DNA of 64,000 nucleotides from assembly GCF_036321535.1 (NCBI RefSeq), contig NC_087436.1, positions 51,400,001 through 51,464,000 on the forward strand, written 5' to 3'. Positions 43,361-57,490 of the stretch are shown here, piece by piece. Every line of letters starts with the position of its first letter. Position 1 is the first letter of the stretch. The notes under the pieces are model-generated. The model had not been told where the DNA came from. It worked only from the letters and a program-made list of their open reading frames with translations, and did not search any database. The position numbers and the translations under genes are program-made. Source of the stretch: Camelus dromedarius. Taxonomy: Eukaryota.

Positions 43361-45519
43361 AACAGATTGTTAGAAAAAGGAAAGTAGACTAAATTATTCA
43401 GTGAATGGTTACAGGCAGTATGTTTGAACAGTCTCCTTGAAGTGGTTGACTAAAAATAAAATTGCTTCTTGATTGCTAGCTGATAACTTTCAGGAATATG
43501 TATATTAATCTTATTGTCATTCTAATAGAAGAACAAAAGGGTAAGAAAAATAAACTTATGTTAGGAAAAACAAATCTTCTCTTGGTATTTTGTGTTCATC
43601 ACTTCCCATAGGTTTGATTGAGCAGCACAAAACAGACACTAACCTTTGCAGTAAGAGAGCTATCAAACCTTCCTGAATATCACAAGGCTATGAATAAGTT
43701 CAAAGTGAATTATTCCAGCATGTCTTATGATTATAAAATAAAAAAAAACTGAAGAAAGGTCATACTGGTTCCATATCAAACTGGAAATTACTGGAACTTG
43801 GGTGATAACCCTGGCAGATAATCAGAAAGCTCAGTGGGTGCCCAACCATCCAGGTCTATCTCCATGAGTGTCCAGCCAGAATGAGGAGCTGCAGTTTTTG
43901 CAGAGAAGTTCCACGATCTTAAGGTACGAAAGGAACCACTTGCTGAGATTCAAAGTTCACAGACCATAAAGACTGTTGCTTTACAGGCACTCTTTGTGGC
44001 CTTATAGGGAAATATGCCTTGTTTTTTTCAGGGTCTTAGCTAAAGGACTGTATTAGGTGAATAGGCTGGCATGTAAAACCAGTCTGAAACCCTCCTTAGA
44101 TCTCAAGGAAACCTGATTCTTGTGCTATTGTGCCATTTAACTGAGAAGAAACAGGCTTCACCATCACCTGGGGTTATAACACTATCTGTCACATTTGTTT
44201 GAATCCAGGTCTAGCTGTTTGTATACTTTGTGGCACTGCTTTTTGTTTAGATGGTTATGCAATGCAGACACACGGCCACGGAGAGCGGCAAAAGCTATTA
44301 GTTCCTTCTGGATTTCAAAGAGCCTGTTGTTTTACACTGAAAATGCTTTCCCTGTGTTTTTGAGTAAAAAAAGCAGATTAAAAGGCAGATGGCTTCAGAT
44401 ATTATAAATAGAAATAGGTCAGTATTTTGTCTATCTATTCCTTCATTAGAATACTTCTTATATTTATTTTAACTTAATCTCATCTCTAATGGAAAAAATA
44501 GTTGAGCTTTTATGTCCCTAAGGAAGAGGGAGAAATTCTTTTAGTAAAAAAGTCATTTAATGCAGAGTCTTTGTGAAAAATGATACCCTGTTATAGCTTT
44601 TAATATAAATGGGTTTTGTAAGTTTCATAATTGAACTCCAAGGTACATACTAGTTAAAACTGCAACATAAAATAACATTATGTATCTATAAAATATAAAA
44701 TTGAATTGTAAAAATAAAATGAAAAATTTTTCCCCAAAGCAGAACATTTGAACAGCCAGAAGAGAAAGCAATTACAACCCCAGTTCTGCAGATTAGTTAA
44801 GATTTTTTGAGACTTTTTTGTTTCTATGGGGTTGTGATGGTGTGTTTTTAAGGTAAAGCAGAAGGAGTATTCATTGGAAAGAAACCAAGTAGCATTTTTT
44901 ATGAGCATATAAGAAGCCTGTGGTCTGCTGACCTCATCATCTAATTACCCCATCAGTGATGGATGGCCAACCAAACTTCCATCCACCCATGATTAATGGT
45001 ACAGCAATGGGATGAATAGATAATGGAACCCCCATGGCTAAGATTCTAAGTTCCGGACACCTGATGTATTAGACAGAATGAAAACATGTCTATGGTGCTC
45101 TCCAACAACACATAAGGAAGCAGCATCAGATGCTGCAGGAGATAAGGAGATAACAGAAGATGGCCCCTGCCTCCAACTCCTGTGCAGCTGCAGGACCGTC
45201 AATGTAGGATGAGGTTTCAGAGGAGGGAAAACAGGGACGATGTTAAGAATATTAGGAAAGGACTTTAGGAGAGGAAGAACTTGACAGATGGACAGATTTT
45301 TGGCTGACTGGAACGGAGATATGGGGACAGGAGTGCTTTAGGTGGAGTGGAGAACACGGGAGAGCCAAGTCAGTGCAGGGTGCGGGAGCAGGCCTCAAAG
45401 TGATTTGGTTGAAGATTTTTTTCTTCCAAAATGAAAATCATTGGTGCCATTGTTGTGTTTACGATTTGAGAAGTAATAGACCTCATAGTAAAATAAATTA
45501 AAATAACACAGAATCCTTT

Positions 45520-46420
45520 GATGAAAAACATGGAAGCTGAAGAGAATTAATGAATAAACAAGGTAGTTAGGTAGGGTGGCAAATCCATGATTAAACTAAT
45601 GACATCAAAACCCAGCCTAAAGGTCAATAATACCTGGTTAGAAAATACAATAAAAATTACACTGTGTAAACAACACTTGCTAGATATGAGTTTAATAGCA
45701 AGCGTCCATGACTTAAGTGGAGAAAATTATAAAAGTTTAATGAAGGATGTCAAGAAAAATCCAATAATTGGAGAAATATATATACCCTACTTCTGAATGG
45801 AAAGATTCGATATTGTAAAGATCTAAAAATATATAAAGTTAATGCAGGTTAAGTCAAAATATCCATTAATAGTTGCAAGTGCAGGAGGCCTTATAATTCT
45901 TAGAAATGCTAAATTTTTACTGGGAAAATAGCCATGGAGATTTTGAAAAGACTACATGCCTAAACAGATACGAAAATGATACAGAACTACAGTGAATAGG
46001 ATTGTATGGCACTGGCAAAAGTTGCAACAAAGATCAATGGAAATATACTGTGACTCCAAAACAGACTCACATATCCACTGGAAGACAAAATAGCATTTCA
46101 GATCCCCAGTGACAGCATGTACAGCAAGTCCACTGCTGAAACAGGGCAAATTTGTATGTTTTTAGGGCAAATTTGGCAATTTTCTCATAATTTAACTGTT
46201 CCTAACTTTAGATACGGCAGTTCCATATAAGAATATCAATTGTGAGTTAATTGTAGCTTTACTTATAAAAAGACTGGAAACAATATAACATAGGCCAATA
46301 GGAGATTAAGGAAATTACCATATACTGATACTCTGGAATACTAGACATTTATCAAAAAAGAAAATATTGCAAGGAAAATGTTGACCCTACATTCAAACTG
46401 TAAAAGGAAAATTGCAGAAT
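45520..46420 (+). mobile_element. Ancient L1 (L1M/L1ME) ORF2 to 3' fragments
   Basis: ORF 45587 'DLSGENYKSLMKDVKKN'; 'tatggcactggcaaaa...agatcaatggaa'; 'aagactggaaacaa'. Confidence 0.7.
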
Positions 46421-46469
46421 GTTAATGTAAACAGCTCGGATTGATGAATTCGTTAAGCAGGCAATTGGA

Positions 46470-46860
46470 AAGAAGGTCAGTGGAGAGTATGAGAGAGAGG
46501 AATAATTGGGGTCATTTACCTAAAGATGAGAGTTGAATCATAGTGGACCATATTCCCGTGGTGATAGAGAAAATAGAAAAGAAATATTGTCCAAAGGCAG
46601 AACAGTGACAATACCTGTGTTTAAGCAAGAAGAGAGGGGCAGGAAAGAGCACAGAGTAAGAGAACCGGAGACAGTGGAGGACAGTTTGCCACTGGGCTGA
46701 CACAAGAGTCTAAGGAGAGTGAACCACATCACATACTACAAAAAGAAGTCTACTTGAAGCAAACGTGAGCAAAGGTGATTGGCACTGGAGTTACTGATAA
46801 CCTTTGAGGGAGCAGGCTAGGGGAATGAGTGATAAAAGAAGACAGATTGCAAGGGAGTGG
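46470..46860 (-). mobile_element. L2 internal fragment
   Basis: Purine-rich 'gagttgaatcatag', 'cagagtaagagaacc', 'ctgataacctttgagggagcag...agattgcaagggag'. Confidence 0.5.
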
Positions 46861-47383
46861 GTGATAGCACCCCAATTATATTTGACTTATATCTCCACCT
46901 GCTTTGTAACTGTTCTAATTATTTCATCAGCGAGGCATCAGCAATGAATTGGAATTAGAAGAATGAAACAGCAATGACAGTAAAATTATTCCTGGTGACA
47001 GAACTTACATAAAGTAGCACCTGTAGGCCTACCTATAAAATTTTCCAATTTGTTCAGTACACACTTCAATACACCACTTAGAAGGGTAAACTGCTTCTCA
47101 TTCTTAAGGGACCCAGTCAGATGGAGCTGAGAGATAGAGAAGGCAGAGGATGACAATATTTTAAATTGCACCACAGGGGCTGTATTTACTTTCTCTCCCT
47201 AGTAAAGAACATAAATGAAATGACACACATTTCTCATTTCTCTAATCTATCTGAAACCTTTGGTTTTCCTTTTCACCTAAAGCAAACTGACTTTTGGAAG
47301 AAAAGCATTTTATTTTCTTTAGATTTTCTTCAAAATAATCTATCTCAAAATAAGAGTTTGACAGTGAAATTAATGTGACGGCC

Positions 47384-47407
47384 AAAAAAAAAAAAAAAAA
47401 AAAAAAA
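47384..47407 (+). repeat. Poly(A) run, 24 nt
   Basis: Counted directly. Confidence 0.95.
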
Positions 47408-47989
47408 GCAGGGAGATTGTGACTATGAAGGAGATTAAGGAAATTCTAAGAGGAGAAATTTTCATAGTTGAATAAAATGAGTAACTAAAACAAATATGAT
47501 TTAACTCACCAGGGAAATGAATCTGTCAGTCTTCCCTGAGTTGGTACTTAATGCCTTGATGTGTGGGAGACCTTCCCAGAGTAGCTGCATAAGTTAATAA
47601 GAAGACCCTCATCATAATAGGGTGATCTGGCAACATGAGAGTCTGGACATGGCAATGCTAACTTTGTGTTCTGACAAGAGCAATTGTCGCCGTCACTGTT
47701 TTACTAAGCATGTACGTCTACCTAGTCAAAGTTCATTAAATCCTATATACTGAATATAGAATGCTCGATGTACTGCTGTTAATAATGAAAGATATTAACC
47801 CCATCTACGGATATCTTCTACTCAACACTTGTATTTACATTTTTACATTTACTGGCAAATATTTTTTCCATATAATCCTAAGTGGGTGATCAAAAACGAG
47901 GGAAAGGGATTTAAAGAGGAATGTCACTACTTACCCTCCGCATAGTTTTAGCTTTTGACCAATATTACCTCCTCTTCTCTTTCTTGTCA

Positions 47990-48170
47990 AGTTAGAATAA
48001 TGGAGATAAGACAGTAAAAATGTCCTTAGTCATCATCGAGTTAAATCTTTCCATCTTATAGATGAAGAAACTGAATCTCTGAGAGGTGACTTGGCTGGGG
48101 CCAAATAGCTCGTTAGTAGAAGAGGCAGAACTAAACTTCTGTCACTTTGCTCCCAGTCCCTGCTCCTTAC
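47990..48170 (-). mobile_element. MIR/MIR3
   Basis: 'ccttagtcatcatcgagtt...catcttatagatgaagaaactga...gaggtgacttgg...ggcagaactaaa'. Confidence 0.75.
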
Positions 48171-50274
48171 GTATCTGATAAATTCAACAGTGACTTAGCT
48201 CATTGATGGTTAAATAGGACCTAGTTTTGACTTGAAAAATGCTTATAGATTAACTATTCATGAAGGCCTGGTATGTTTAGCAAAGGTGGGCAGAGCAACC
48301 AAAAGAAAGCTTAGACTCAGGGAAGACAGACTTCGCTCACCACCTCCATTTTCTTCCTCCACAGGTAGAAGGAATGTCCCTTTTCCTCTGTTCCACCTTT
48401 ATTAATTTCTTCACTGCATGTCGTCTGAGTGTGTAGCCTCCTCAGACCTTTGCCAGTTCTCCAGTGCCCACTAAATAAGCATCTGCATAGTCACATACCG
48501 TATCTGTAGGTTGTGACCCTGCACGGATGAGGAATTCAATGTAGCTGCCAGCGTTCTTAACCAGAAGACCACGTCTCAGTGACCAAAGGTTCTTACTGTT
48601 TTTGGCCTTCAGTCTTACCGTATCACTTTGAATTTGCTTCTGTACAGCTTTGTAGATTACCTACATGTATCCTTGGGGAGAAAATAAGATCTTCAAGCAG
48701 AAGGACCATGATGACCTAACTTTCTTCATCTATTTTTCTTACAAGCCAATACACTGCAGCACAGTAAGGGACCCAGAAGCCCCTTAATAAATCCCACTTG
48801 CATTTTTAGACTACGGTGCTCTAACGATGTCTAGTAAAAATGGCTTCATATTTTCCTTCCTAAAAGGAACAATGAAGGAAAATTAGAGGTTTTACTGGTA
48901 GATATGCATGTCATTGTCCATCTGAACTTCATGCTTTTCATCTTTAAAGTGAGGGATACCCATTTCTAAGGGCACCCATTTCTAAGGTCCCTTCCTGTTC
49001 TAACATATAACAGGTTGCTGTCAGAATCCTGATTCTTGAGGATGAGATCATAAACAGTAATGGCTACATTTTCTAAAAATGGCACTGAGAGCTACTATGG
49101 GAGGGAGGGTATTCAACTTTAAAATTTCTGCTACTTACATCATAATTCATATGTTATTTTTTAAAAAACTGTGCAGCCGTTTTCCCACATAAGATTTTGC
49201 TTGTCACTGAGCTCATGATGGGTAGATTTCTGCTTCTCCAGCCTTGATCAGAAAAGCTGTGTGGGTGCAAACATCACTTCCATTCTGATGGACTGACTGA
49301 CCATATTTGATTAATGAGCCAACAAGACTGCCTCTCCTGTTAATGCTGGGGATGCCTGCGGATAATGTGAGTGAATACACTGCAGAAATGCCTTGTGGTA
49401 CTGTCATAATCTTCCGATGGGTGTTGCCATTACTCGTTTCACTTCTAGCCTTGCCTTGGCTCTGTGGGCATTTTCATGCTATAGCTGATTTTTTGAATTC
49501 TAAAAAGATGCCTTATCTCAGTTTTCTTTGTCTGTATAAATCAAAACATCAGAAATCTACTCTCTAGGAAGCAGAATAATAATAGCTTTTTGTATCAAAA
49601 GTAGACATCTGTAGCTGGACATAAGGTTTCCTTGCTGTACAGAGGGTGCCTTCAACTTTCTGCATCCTAATCATAAATCCGTAAGAGAAGGCTGATTTTA
49701 TAAGACAATCCACGAGTTTTTATACACCAAAATAAAGTTATCAACACATCACATAGTTCTCTCAAGGACTCTTGGATCGTATATATTCTCAGCCAGTTGA
49801 GGTGTAAGAGAGTCTCAAAATACCTGCACTGCCTACCATTCAGTCTACCACTTGAGTCCTGGAACACAGCCATCGTGCTAGCAGGGAAGCAGTGCTTGCT
49901 GCATCCGAACTCTGCCGCGCTGAGCATGTGTAGAGGATGATGTCCATATCCATCATCCACACAATTACTCGGGTTCCTGCTGACATCCTCATTCCACATG
50001 CTCTGCTCTTCAGAGTTCAGTTTGCAACAAGGTGACCATGATAGAGTGACCATTGCCAGGTGAGCGTAAGAAATGTTTTAAGGAAATGTTAAAGTATATC
50101 TTTGAAGAGAAAGGCAGTACTGTGAAATTCTGGGAAAATAGCACCAGATGGGCCAAGCTGGCATACAACTCTCAGAAACAGCAAGACATATTTTAGGCAA
50201 AGAGAAAAAAAAAAAAAAAAAGCATTGGGGTAGTCTGCAAAGCAAAGAGAAAAAAGACAGTAAGTGTTTTTAGC

Positions 50275-50505
50275 ATCACTTAGTAAAAAGGGTCTTGGTT
50301 TTAATCTCAGACTTGTTTTTAAATCTCAGCTATTTAACTTACGAGCCTATTTTAGGAAACTGTTTGGCAATTTTGAGCCTTAATTTTAAAGAATCTTATA
50401 AAAACGGGATGGTAGTGTTTTTCTTGTCAACTGATTGTGAGGATTCAATAAGTCAAATATATAGTGCTATGCCCAACACCTATCAGGTAATAAATAAATG
50501 GTAAG
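50275..50505 (+). mobile_element. MIR
   Basis: 'aaatctcagct...ttttgagcctta...tataaaaacgggat...ttgtgaggattcaa...aataaatggta'. Confidence 0.7.
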
Positions 50506-52061
50506 TACAAACAAACATTGATGACTATATAGTGAACCTAAGGATATTTCTCACGTGCACAAAGTAGAGAAAGAAGTTTTGGCCTTAACGTCTGTGTTTC
50601 CAGTTACACTTACAGCATTGAGATCTTCAAATCCAAAGATTAATACAGTAAGAAAAGTGCAAAAAAAAAAAAAAAAAAAGAAAAGATTCTCACTTTAAGG
50701 GGAAAATTGGACCACTTTCAGATTTTCCACATAACACTGAAGCGTGGAGATGTCCCGATAGCTTCCCTTCTAAGTTCCTAGGGTAGGGTAAGTTCCGCCA
50801 ACATTTTCTTCATGATATGTAAACTGCCCCTACGCCAGTGAGTCATGGTGGCTCACGAACCACAGCTCAGTGGAAAAAGGGCTGTGGATAGCCCGAATGG
50901 TGGCTTCCTAGGAGAAAGGACACCCATTTGGTGTCTGTTAGGCCCTGAATAATCACGTAACTGAAGCTTACTTCTTACTATTTATACCAGAAGAATAAAG
51001 CAGCTTCAGTGGTAGGTAGCAGGACTCAGGGACCACAAGAAAACAGCTAACTGCAACGCAGTAATTCTTCCAATCAATGGAACCCTGAAAGAGTGGCTAT
51101 AAGTCTGAAGGAGGAAGAGAATGAACAACTGACCAAGGTAGTCATACTGCTTAACAAAGAAAGGTACAATGCAGAGACACCGCTTAAACAGTTCAGTTCG
51201 TCAAAAGCATTTCTTGCTCTGAGCAAAATACAGAGCTGAAGGAGACTGTGTATTTATCTTCTCATTAGTAGATACAGTTTCCAGTGAAATTAAGCTTATA
51301 ACTAATGGGAGGGAACGGACTTGCTGGCCATATCATCACAGGGAAAAAAATGGCCATGGGAAATTTGGAAGGAGATGAGGGGCAGTACTTTTTCCTACTG
51401 AGCAGCAATGGCATCTGGGAAAGATCAAGATGTCAGGAGATCTGGATTCTTTCAAAGACCTTGCTGTTAAATTGAGCAGCTCATATGCATCCCCTGTAAT
51501 TGTCAATTTTCCATCTGTACTATGAGGACTCTGAGGTTTCTCCTTTCTACATAATTTGTCTCCCAAGAGGAAAAAAAACCGAGCATTTTCCCTGCAAATT
51601 TCAAGTGGGCAGACTTCATTATTCTCTTTGTTCTACCTTGGCAGTAAGGCAGAGCAGGGCGGAGACTGAGCAGGAGTGCTGAATGCTAGAATGTTTTTGG
51701 TTTGCTCTCCAGATAAGCAGCGAACTTAAGCTCCTGAGTCAGCCTGGCACTTGTCCAGGGCTGGCCTTTGTCTTCAAGTGCCACATTCACTCCAGGTTGT
51801 GACCGACTCTGTGCACTTTCTGTGGTGGGGGTGTTCCTAGGGGGACTGCCCAAACTGCTGAAACAGATGATGCCTAGGGCTTCCTCAGTGTGAGTGAGGA
51901 TCACCTGTTCTAGTCCTCTGCTCTGGGTTTTCAAACTGTAATTAAAAGGAAGAATCAAAACAAAACAGAAAATGAAGTGGTATTAAAATTGCCTGAATAT
52001 TTAGGATGTTCGGAAGGCAAAGATGACAAGAAACAAGATGATAGGCCTGGTTTCCAAGGGA

Positions 52062-52250
52062 TACAGGATTGAGGCCTGAGGGGGACCAGAGGTCATTTAG
52101 TCCTCTTTCCACCTACGAGGGGGGTCCCACGTGGGCCCTCCTACTTCTGCTTAAATACTCCAGTGACACAAAACACGGTCCTTGCAAAGGAAATAATCTC
52201 CAGTTGTAATGGCTTAATTATTTGAAAAGTGTTACTTATTGTGAGCCTGC
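52062..52250 (-). mobile_element. Probable L3/CR1 3' end
   Basis: 'gggaccagaggtcatttagtcc...ctgcttaaatactccagtgac...ctccagttgtaatggcttaattatttgaaaagt'. Confidence 0.45.
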
Positions 52251-54050
52251 AGATTACATTTTGTTGTATTCCAAAAAATATCATATAGAAAATAATGTTT
52301 TAAAATATTTAATCTTAATGACATGGAGAGAATATTAAAAAATTCCATAGAAATTATTTTGAAAATGCTTATTTTGGAAATATTCTAGTTTTCTTTTTGG
52401 TTTAACAGTTATAGAACACTCACTAGACAGATGCTGTGGTACTTTACATCAATGATTGATTTAATCCACACAATGAGATATGAAACAGGTACTATTATGT
52501 CCTTTTTTGCAGATTAAATTACATCGTGCTTTGTCTCAGGAAATACTTGTGGTTAATTTACGGAACTGAGATATATACAAACACTCTTAATCGTAAAGCT
52601 ATTACTAGATAACTTTCTAAATTAGTTTGCCTCAAATATAGATTCTTATATGTCACTTCTAAGGGGAAAAGTTTCATAATTCAAAAATGTCAATGATCTT
52701 ACATAACTTTAATGAAAGAATCTGGGAAGAGACAATTTTCTCCTCAATTAAGAAACCACGTATAAAATTCCTGTTACATAACCATGCTGCATTATCTTCC
52801 AAGGGGTTGATGGCAGAACAACATACAGGGCACCGTTTATCTTGTTTTATAGCACAGAATAACAACTGAAGTGGTAAATACATGAGACGAAGCGAAAAGA
52901 AACAGCGCTCTGATTATGTGCGGGAATTACAGATAGAAAGGAAGACATCTCAACTGCACTAGGAATGAAAATCGTTTATGTCAGTAACACCGAGAAGCAG
53001 GAAGAGACCTAGTCCCAGACCTGATAAACTTTTTTTTTCTGATCTAAATCTAGAATCAGTCTTTTGATCAATCTATTTGAAAGGGTGCTACATCAGTAAA
53101 TATAACGGCTGTGTCAGAAAGCTATGTATTCCTGGGTGAACTACAGAGGCTCTCTCAGGAACGACTTCATTGCTGCCTCTGGCTGTTCATTCGGTCTTGC
53201 GTGCAGGCCCTTGCTGTACCGGTGCCCGCGTGTGCAGTAGCTCATCTGTCATTAGAGCACCTGTCACTGCGGCGTTTGGCGTTTATGAGCTGTAAACGAG
53301 GACTGCACAGCTTATGCCCGTGGCGCCAACATTTTAACATAATCCCACATTAAGAAAGGTTTCTTTTTTCTTTTCATTAATTAATTCAACTCATGCCTAC
53401 CCACCACCGACATTTACATTTTTAATGTTTGGCTCTATAAACCATACGTTGCTCTCCATGAAAAACAAACACAAATTTAGAAAAAAGAATTTTTTTCTCG
53501 TGCTCAAAACTGCCGTCTCATCTAGCAGTGGGAGATTCCTTTCTGATGAAATGCAGGACTCCCTCCCTGGGTGTTTTTAATGTGTGTGGCATTAAATAAA
53601 ATGCTTCTACTATATTTCCAGGAATTGCATGTGGTTTTTAAACATTCTTCTCAGAAAACTGATCACATGTTTGGTGAACTGTGGTGACAATCAACTTAGA
53701 AAAATTCACAAAACTCAGTGGATTTAGGTTCTTGGGATCTCTTTTTCCCTACTTCCTTCTGGGTATTTCCTTTGTCAACAAGCCAGCCCTCCGAACCCTT
53801 GTTCAGTCTCTTCCCAGTCTCAGTGTGGTCCCCTTACTAGGTGGGCCCCTTGACAAAAGAGAGTTCTGGAACCCTGGAGTTTATCATAACCTTTTCCAGG
53901 CATAATGATGTTTACCGAGGGTTTCATTTGAACTTGCCGTTCTGTGTGTGGAAGCGAGGGGAAGAGCAAGACCCACAAACGAGCCCTGAATTTGCCAGAA
54001 TGTAGAAATCACCTTCATTATTTCCTCCAAGTGAGGCTTCACAGGGAGGG

Positions 54051-54467
54051 TGCTGTGAACTGTCTCCCCTCAAAACATAGGTTTCAGTCCTAACTCGTGG
54101 TACTTGTGAACGTGACCGTGTTTGGAAATGGGGTCTTTGCAGATGTGATCAAGTTGAGTTCATGCTGCACTGGGATGTGTCCTAGGTTCAGTGACTGATG
54201 TCCTTTAAGGAGGCCATGTGAAGACAGAGGTGCACAGAGGTACACACAAGGAGAACACCATGGGACCCTAAAGGAACACCAAGAACTGCCCACAAGCACC
54301 AGCGCCTTGGAGAGAGGCATGGACCACATGATCCATCAGAGCCTTGAGAAGGAATCAACCTTGATTTTATGAGTCTAGCCTCCAGGACCATGAGAGAATA
54401 AATTTTCATTGTTTTAAGCTACACAGTTTGTGGTAATTTGTTATAACAGCCACAGGACACAAATACA
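54051..54467 (+). mobile_element. MLT1A/B-like MaLR solo LTR with 5-bp TSD
   Basis: TG...CA termini; 'tttggaaatggggtctttgcagatgt', AATAAA, 'gtttgtggtaatttgttataacagcc...aataca'; flanks gaggg / gaagg. Confidence 0.92.
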
Positions 54468-56844
54468 GAAGGCAGGAGGTACAAGACAGCCGGGAAGTAT
54501 TAGGCTCAACATATGTACCATCTTATCATTCACAAAACATAAGGCTATCTCTTTACTTTATAAAAGTCACAACTTACAATGCAGATGAAAATGAGCTATG
54601 AGATATCGAGTGTCCGCAATCAAGAAGGGAGGGAGGGAGGTGCAGCAGGAGAAGGGCAGTGGGTGGCACTTTTAAGCTGCGTGAGTTCCGAACACGGCTT
54701 TTTTGCTAAATGGACTGAGGAAACAAGTAATAATGTGGGCTAGCAAGTCTGCTGCAACATTTCAGAGTGCTCTGATCGTCTGCTCCACAAACCTCCTCTC
54801 ATCAGTCTATTCTCTCCAAGCAGCCCTGCCATATTGTGCTCTTGATACGCACGGAGCAAGGAGAGATGCTGTGACCGTGGGCAGGTTTCTCACTGTTCAC
54901 TCTTTCAAGATTAAGTGTTCTGCACAAGGCATTTTCTATAAATATGACAAGAGATGGGAAAAAATAGATGGGAACATTTCAATCCCTACTCACCTATTAT
55001 TTTATGCTACCTTTGTTCTCATCTTAATAACATCAACTGTATGGATGGAAGAGCACTACTGTATTAGCCCAGGGTTCTTACACGTCGTGTGGCTTCAGGT
55101 AACAGAATTTCTTTTTCATTTCATTCCAATTCTGTCATCTGAGTCCTGGTGGAGGGACTGGCCTTGTCTTGGTGCAGGGGTAGGCCAAAGGCCTTTCCTG
55201 GCCCCTCACTGATCGTTAATCATTAGTGCCAAGATTTTTGTTTTTTTCTCTTTAGTTGTCAGTTCATTAAAAAAAATAAAATAAAAAGCTAAGGACATCA
55301 AAATGATTGGTTTGATTTTAATTATATTTAAAAATCACCTGGCATAAATGGAACGTGGCAATGCAGGAATATGGGAAGAGTACGGGCTTGACATCATCAA
55401 GTCCTGGATGTGAAAATCTGCTTTAACTGTGAAAAGAAGTGTATTAACAGCTCATCCCACTTTTGCGAATATGTCCAGCACAAAACATCTGCCTCATTAA
55501 TTTGCTATAACCAAGGTGTGGCATTCATTTACTGACAATTACTGACAACTATGCATGTGCTAATGTTTTAGATGCTGGAGACAGGACAGTAGTCCAAACA
55601 GACAAATTTCTGTCTTCAGAGCTACAATATAATGGATTTTTAACACATATAAGCATATACTAAGTACTCAATAAATGATAGTTATTTTGATTGTTATTAC
55701 TATTTTCATTATAACTAGTACAGAATTACTAAATATAAATGTCCTTTTTGCTGAAGTTCTATTTTTTTTATTAAGAGCAATTCCAGGGAATCCAGTGTTT
55801 ACATGAGATGATTCTTGCTGTCAGGAAACTTCACTCTGAAGATAAATCCAGATAATCACAGTAACTGGAAAGCCTGTTATTCTATTAGCACACACACGAA
55901 GGCATGCGTACTTAGACAGAATGTGCTCTAGTACGTTGGGTCATTTATTTATTTCTGTAATAGATTAAAGCCACAAGTAGATGGCCCAGAAACTAGACAG
56001 CTGTTAAGAAGCATCCATCAGGTACTCACTTTGGTCTAGAGGGAAATACACTAAAACAGCATGTGGCCATCCCCTTGCTGTAGCTGAGCTCTGAAATAAT
56101 ACAAGGTCCACGTTCTTCTACTGACTAGCATGCATTTATGATTCTTTTGTTTTATAAATGTGAAAGAGCTCAGAGCATAACAACTAAAAACAAAGAATCA
56201 TTTGTATTAACAGTTATTTTGGCTAGACTGCTGAAGGAAAATCCGAGTAAATATTTTTAGGTTACTTTCTATTGCTTAGTTTGCAATTTAATAATTATCC
56301 TTAGTTTCCACATTGAAGAGCGGAGTAACAGTTACAGGTATCCTCTTGTACTTGGCTATATCGCAGCAAAACCAATATTTAAAAAATGTCAAAACCAGCA
56401 CTTTTGTTTCTCTGATTTCTCCTCATAGTCTATGAATCTCTGTATTACATAAGCGAGTAAATCTAAGGATTTGTGTTTCTTACAAAGGGATATTCTAAGC
56501 TAAGATCTTTTGAATTTCAAATGGCAAAAACAATAATATTTTAGATTTTGTTCAAGGTACTGTAGAATAACAGTGCACAAAATAAAGAAAAAAGTTATAA
56601 AATACTTCAACTTGAGGTGTTAACTGTTAATGCAACTGCTTCTAATTATCTCTTAACTCACCATGTAATTGGTGTTTGGGCTGAAGTTTATGAAAATAGT
56701 CCTTGGTAAACAGAAAAATTACATAATTGTCAAATAAAAAAATTTTCACATTTTTCTAAAAACTCATTTTTTATGCTTTGTTTTAAAAAAAAAAAAATTC
56801 TGGGTTCTTAACCGAAGTGTAAGTTAGAATCAGTCTTTAAAATA

Positions 56845-57490
56845 ATCTCTTCATTTTTAAACAGTTTTAGATTTAAAGAAAAAATGTAAAGACAGGAGAG
56901 AGCTCCCATGGACTCTGCACCCAGTTTTCTGTTATTAATATCTGACATTAGTATGGCATATTTTCTTGACCAGTGAACCAATATTGGTCCATGACTATTA
57001 ATTAAAGTCCATATTTTATTCAAGTTTCCTTGGTTTTTACCTAACGCCCTTTTTCAGCTCTCGCCCAGGACACTACATTGCATTTGGCTGCCGTGTCTCC
57101 TAAGGCTCCTCCTGACTGTAACAGTTTCTCAAACTTTCCTTGTTTTTAATGACTTCTCAGTGATAAGAATTACTGGTCAGTGGTTTGTAGAATGACCCTC
57201 AAGAGGGACTTTGATGTCTTTTCTCATGATTAGATGGAGGTTATCGGTTTGGAGGAGAGAGACCATATTAAGTGTAGTGCCAGTCTCAGCACATCACATC
57301 ACATCAATGGTGCAGACTCTCAGCACAACTCGCCAAGGATAACCAGCTGTTATCCTTGATCACCTGGCTGTGTGTTTGCCAGGTTTCTCCACTGTAAAGC
57401 TACCCCACACCCCTCCACACCCCTACTTCATTTTGTAATTTTTAGAAGGAAGTGTGTATACTATGTGTAGCTCATACTTTAGGGATGCAG
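56845..57490 (-). mobile_element. L1MC/L1MD 3' UTR
   Basis: 'aacagttttagatttaaagaaaa', 'ctacattgcatttggctgcc', 'cagtttctcaaactttccttgtttttaatgac', 'gccaggtttctccactgtaaag'. Confidence 0.88.

Noticed and set aside
54703..55212. Longest ORF (169 aa)
   Set aside because: TTG start, no recognisable domain; consistent with a chance ORF.
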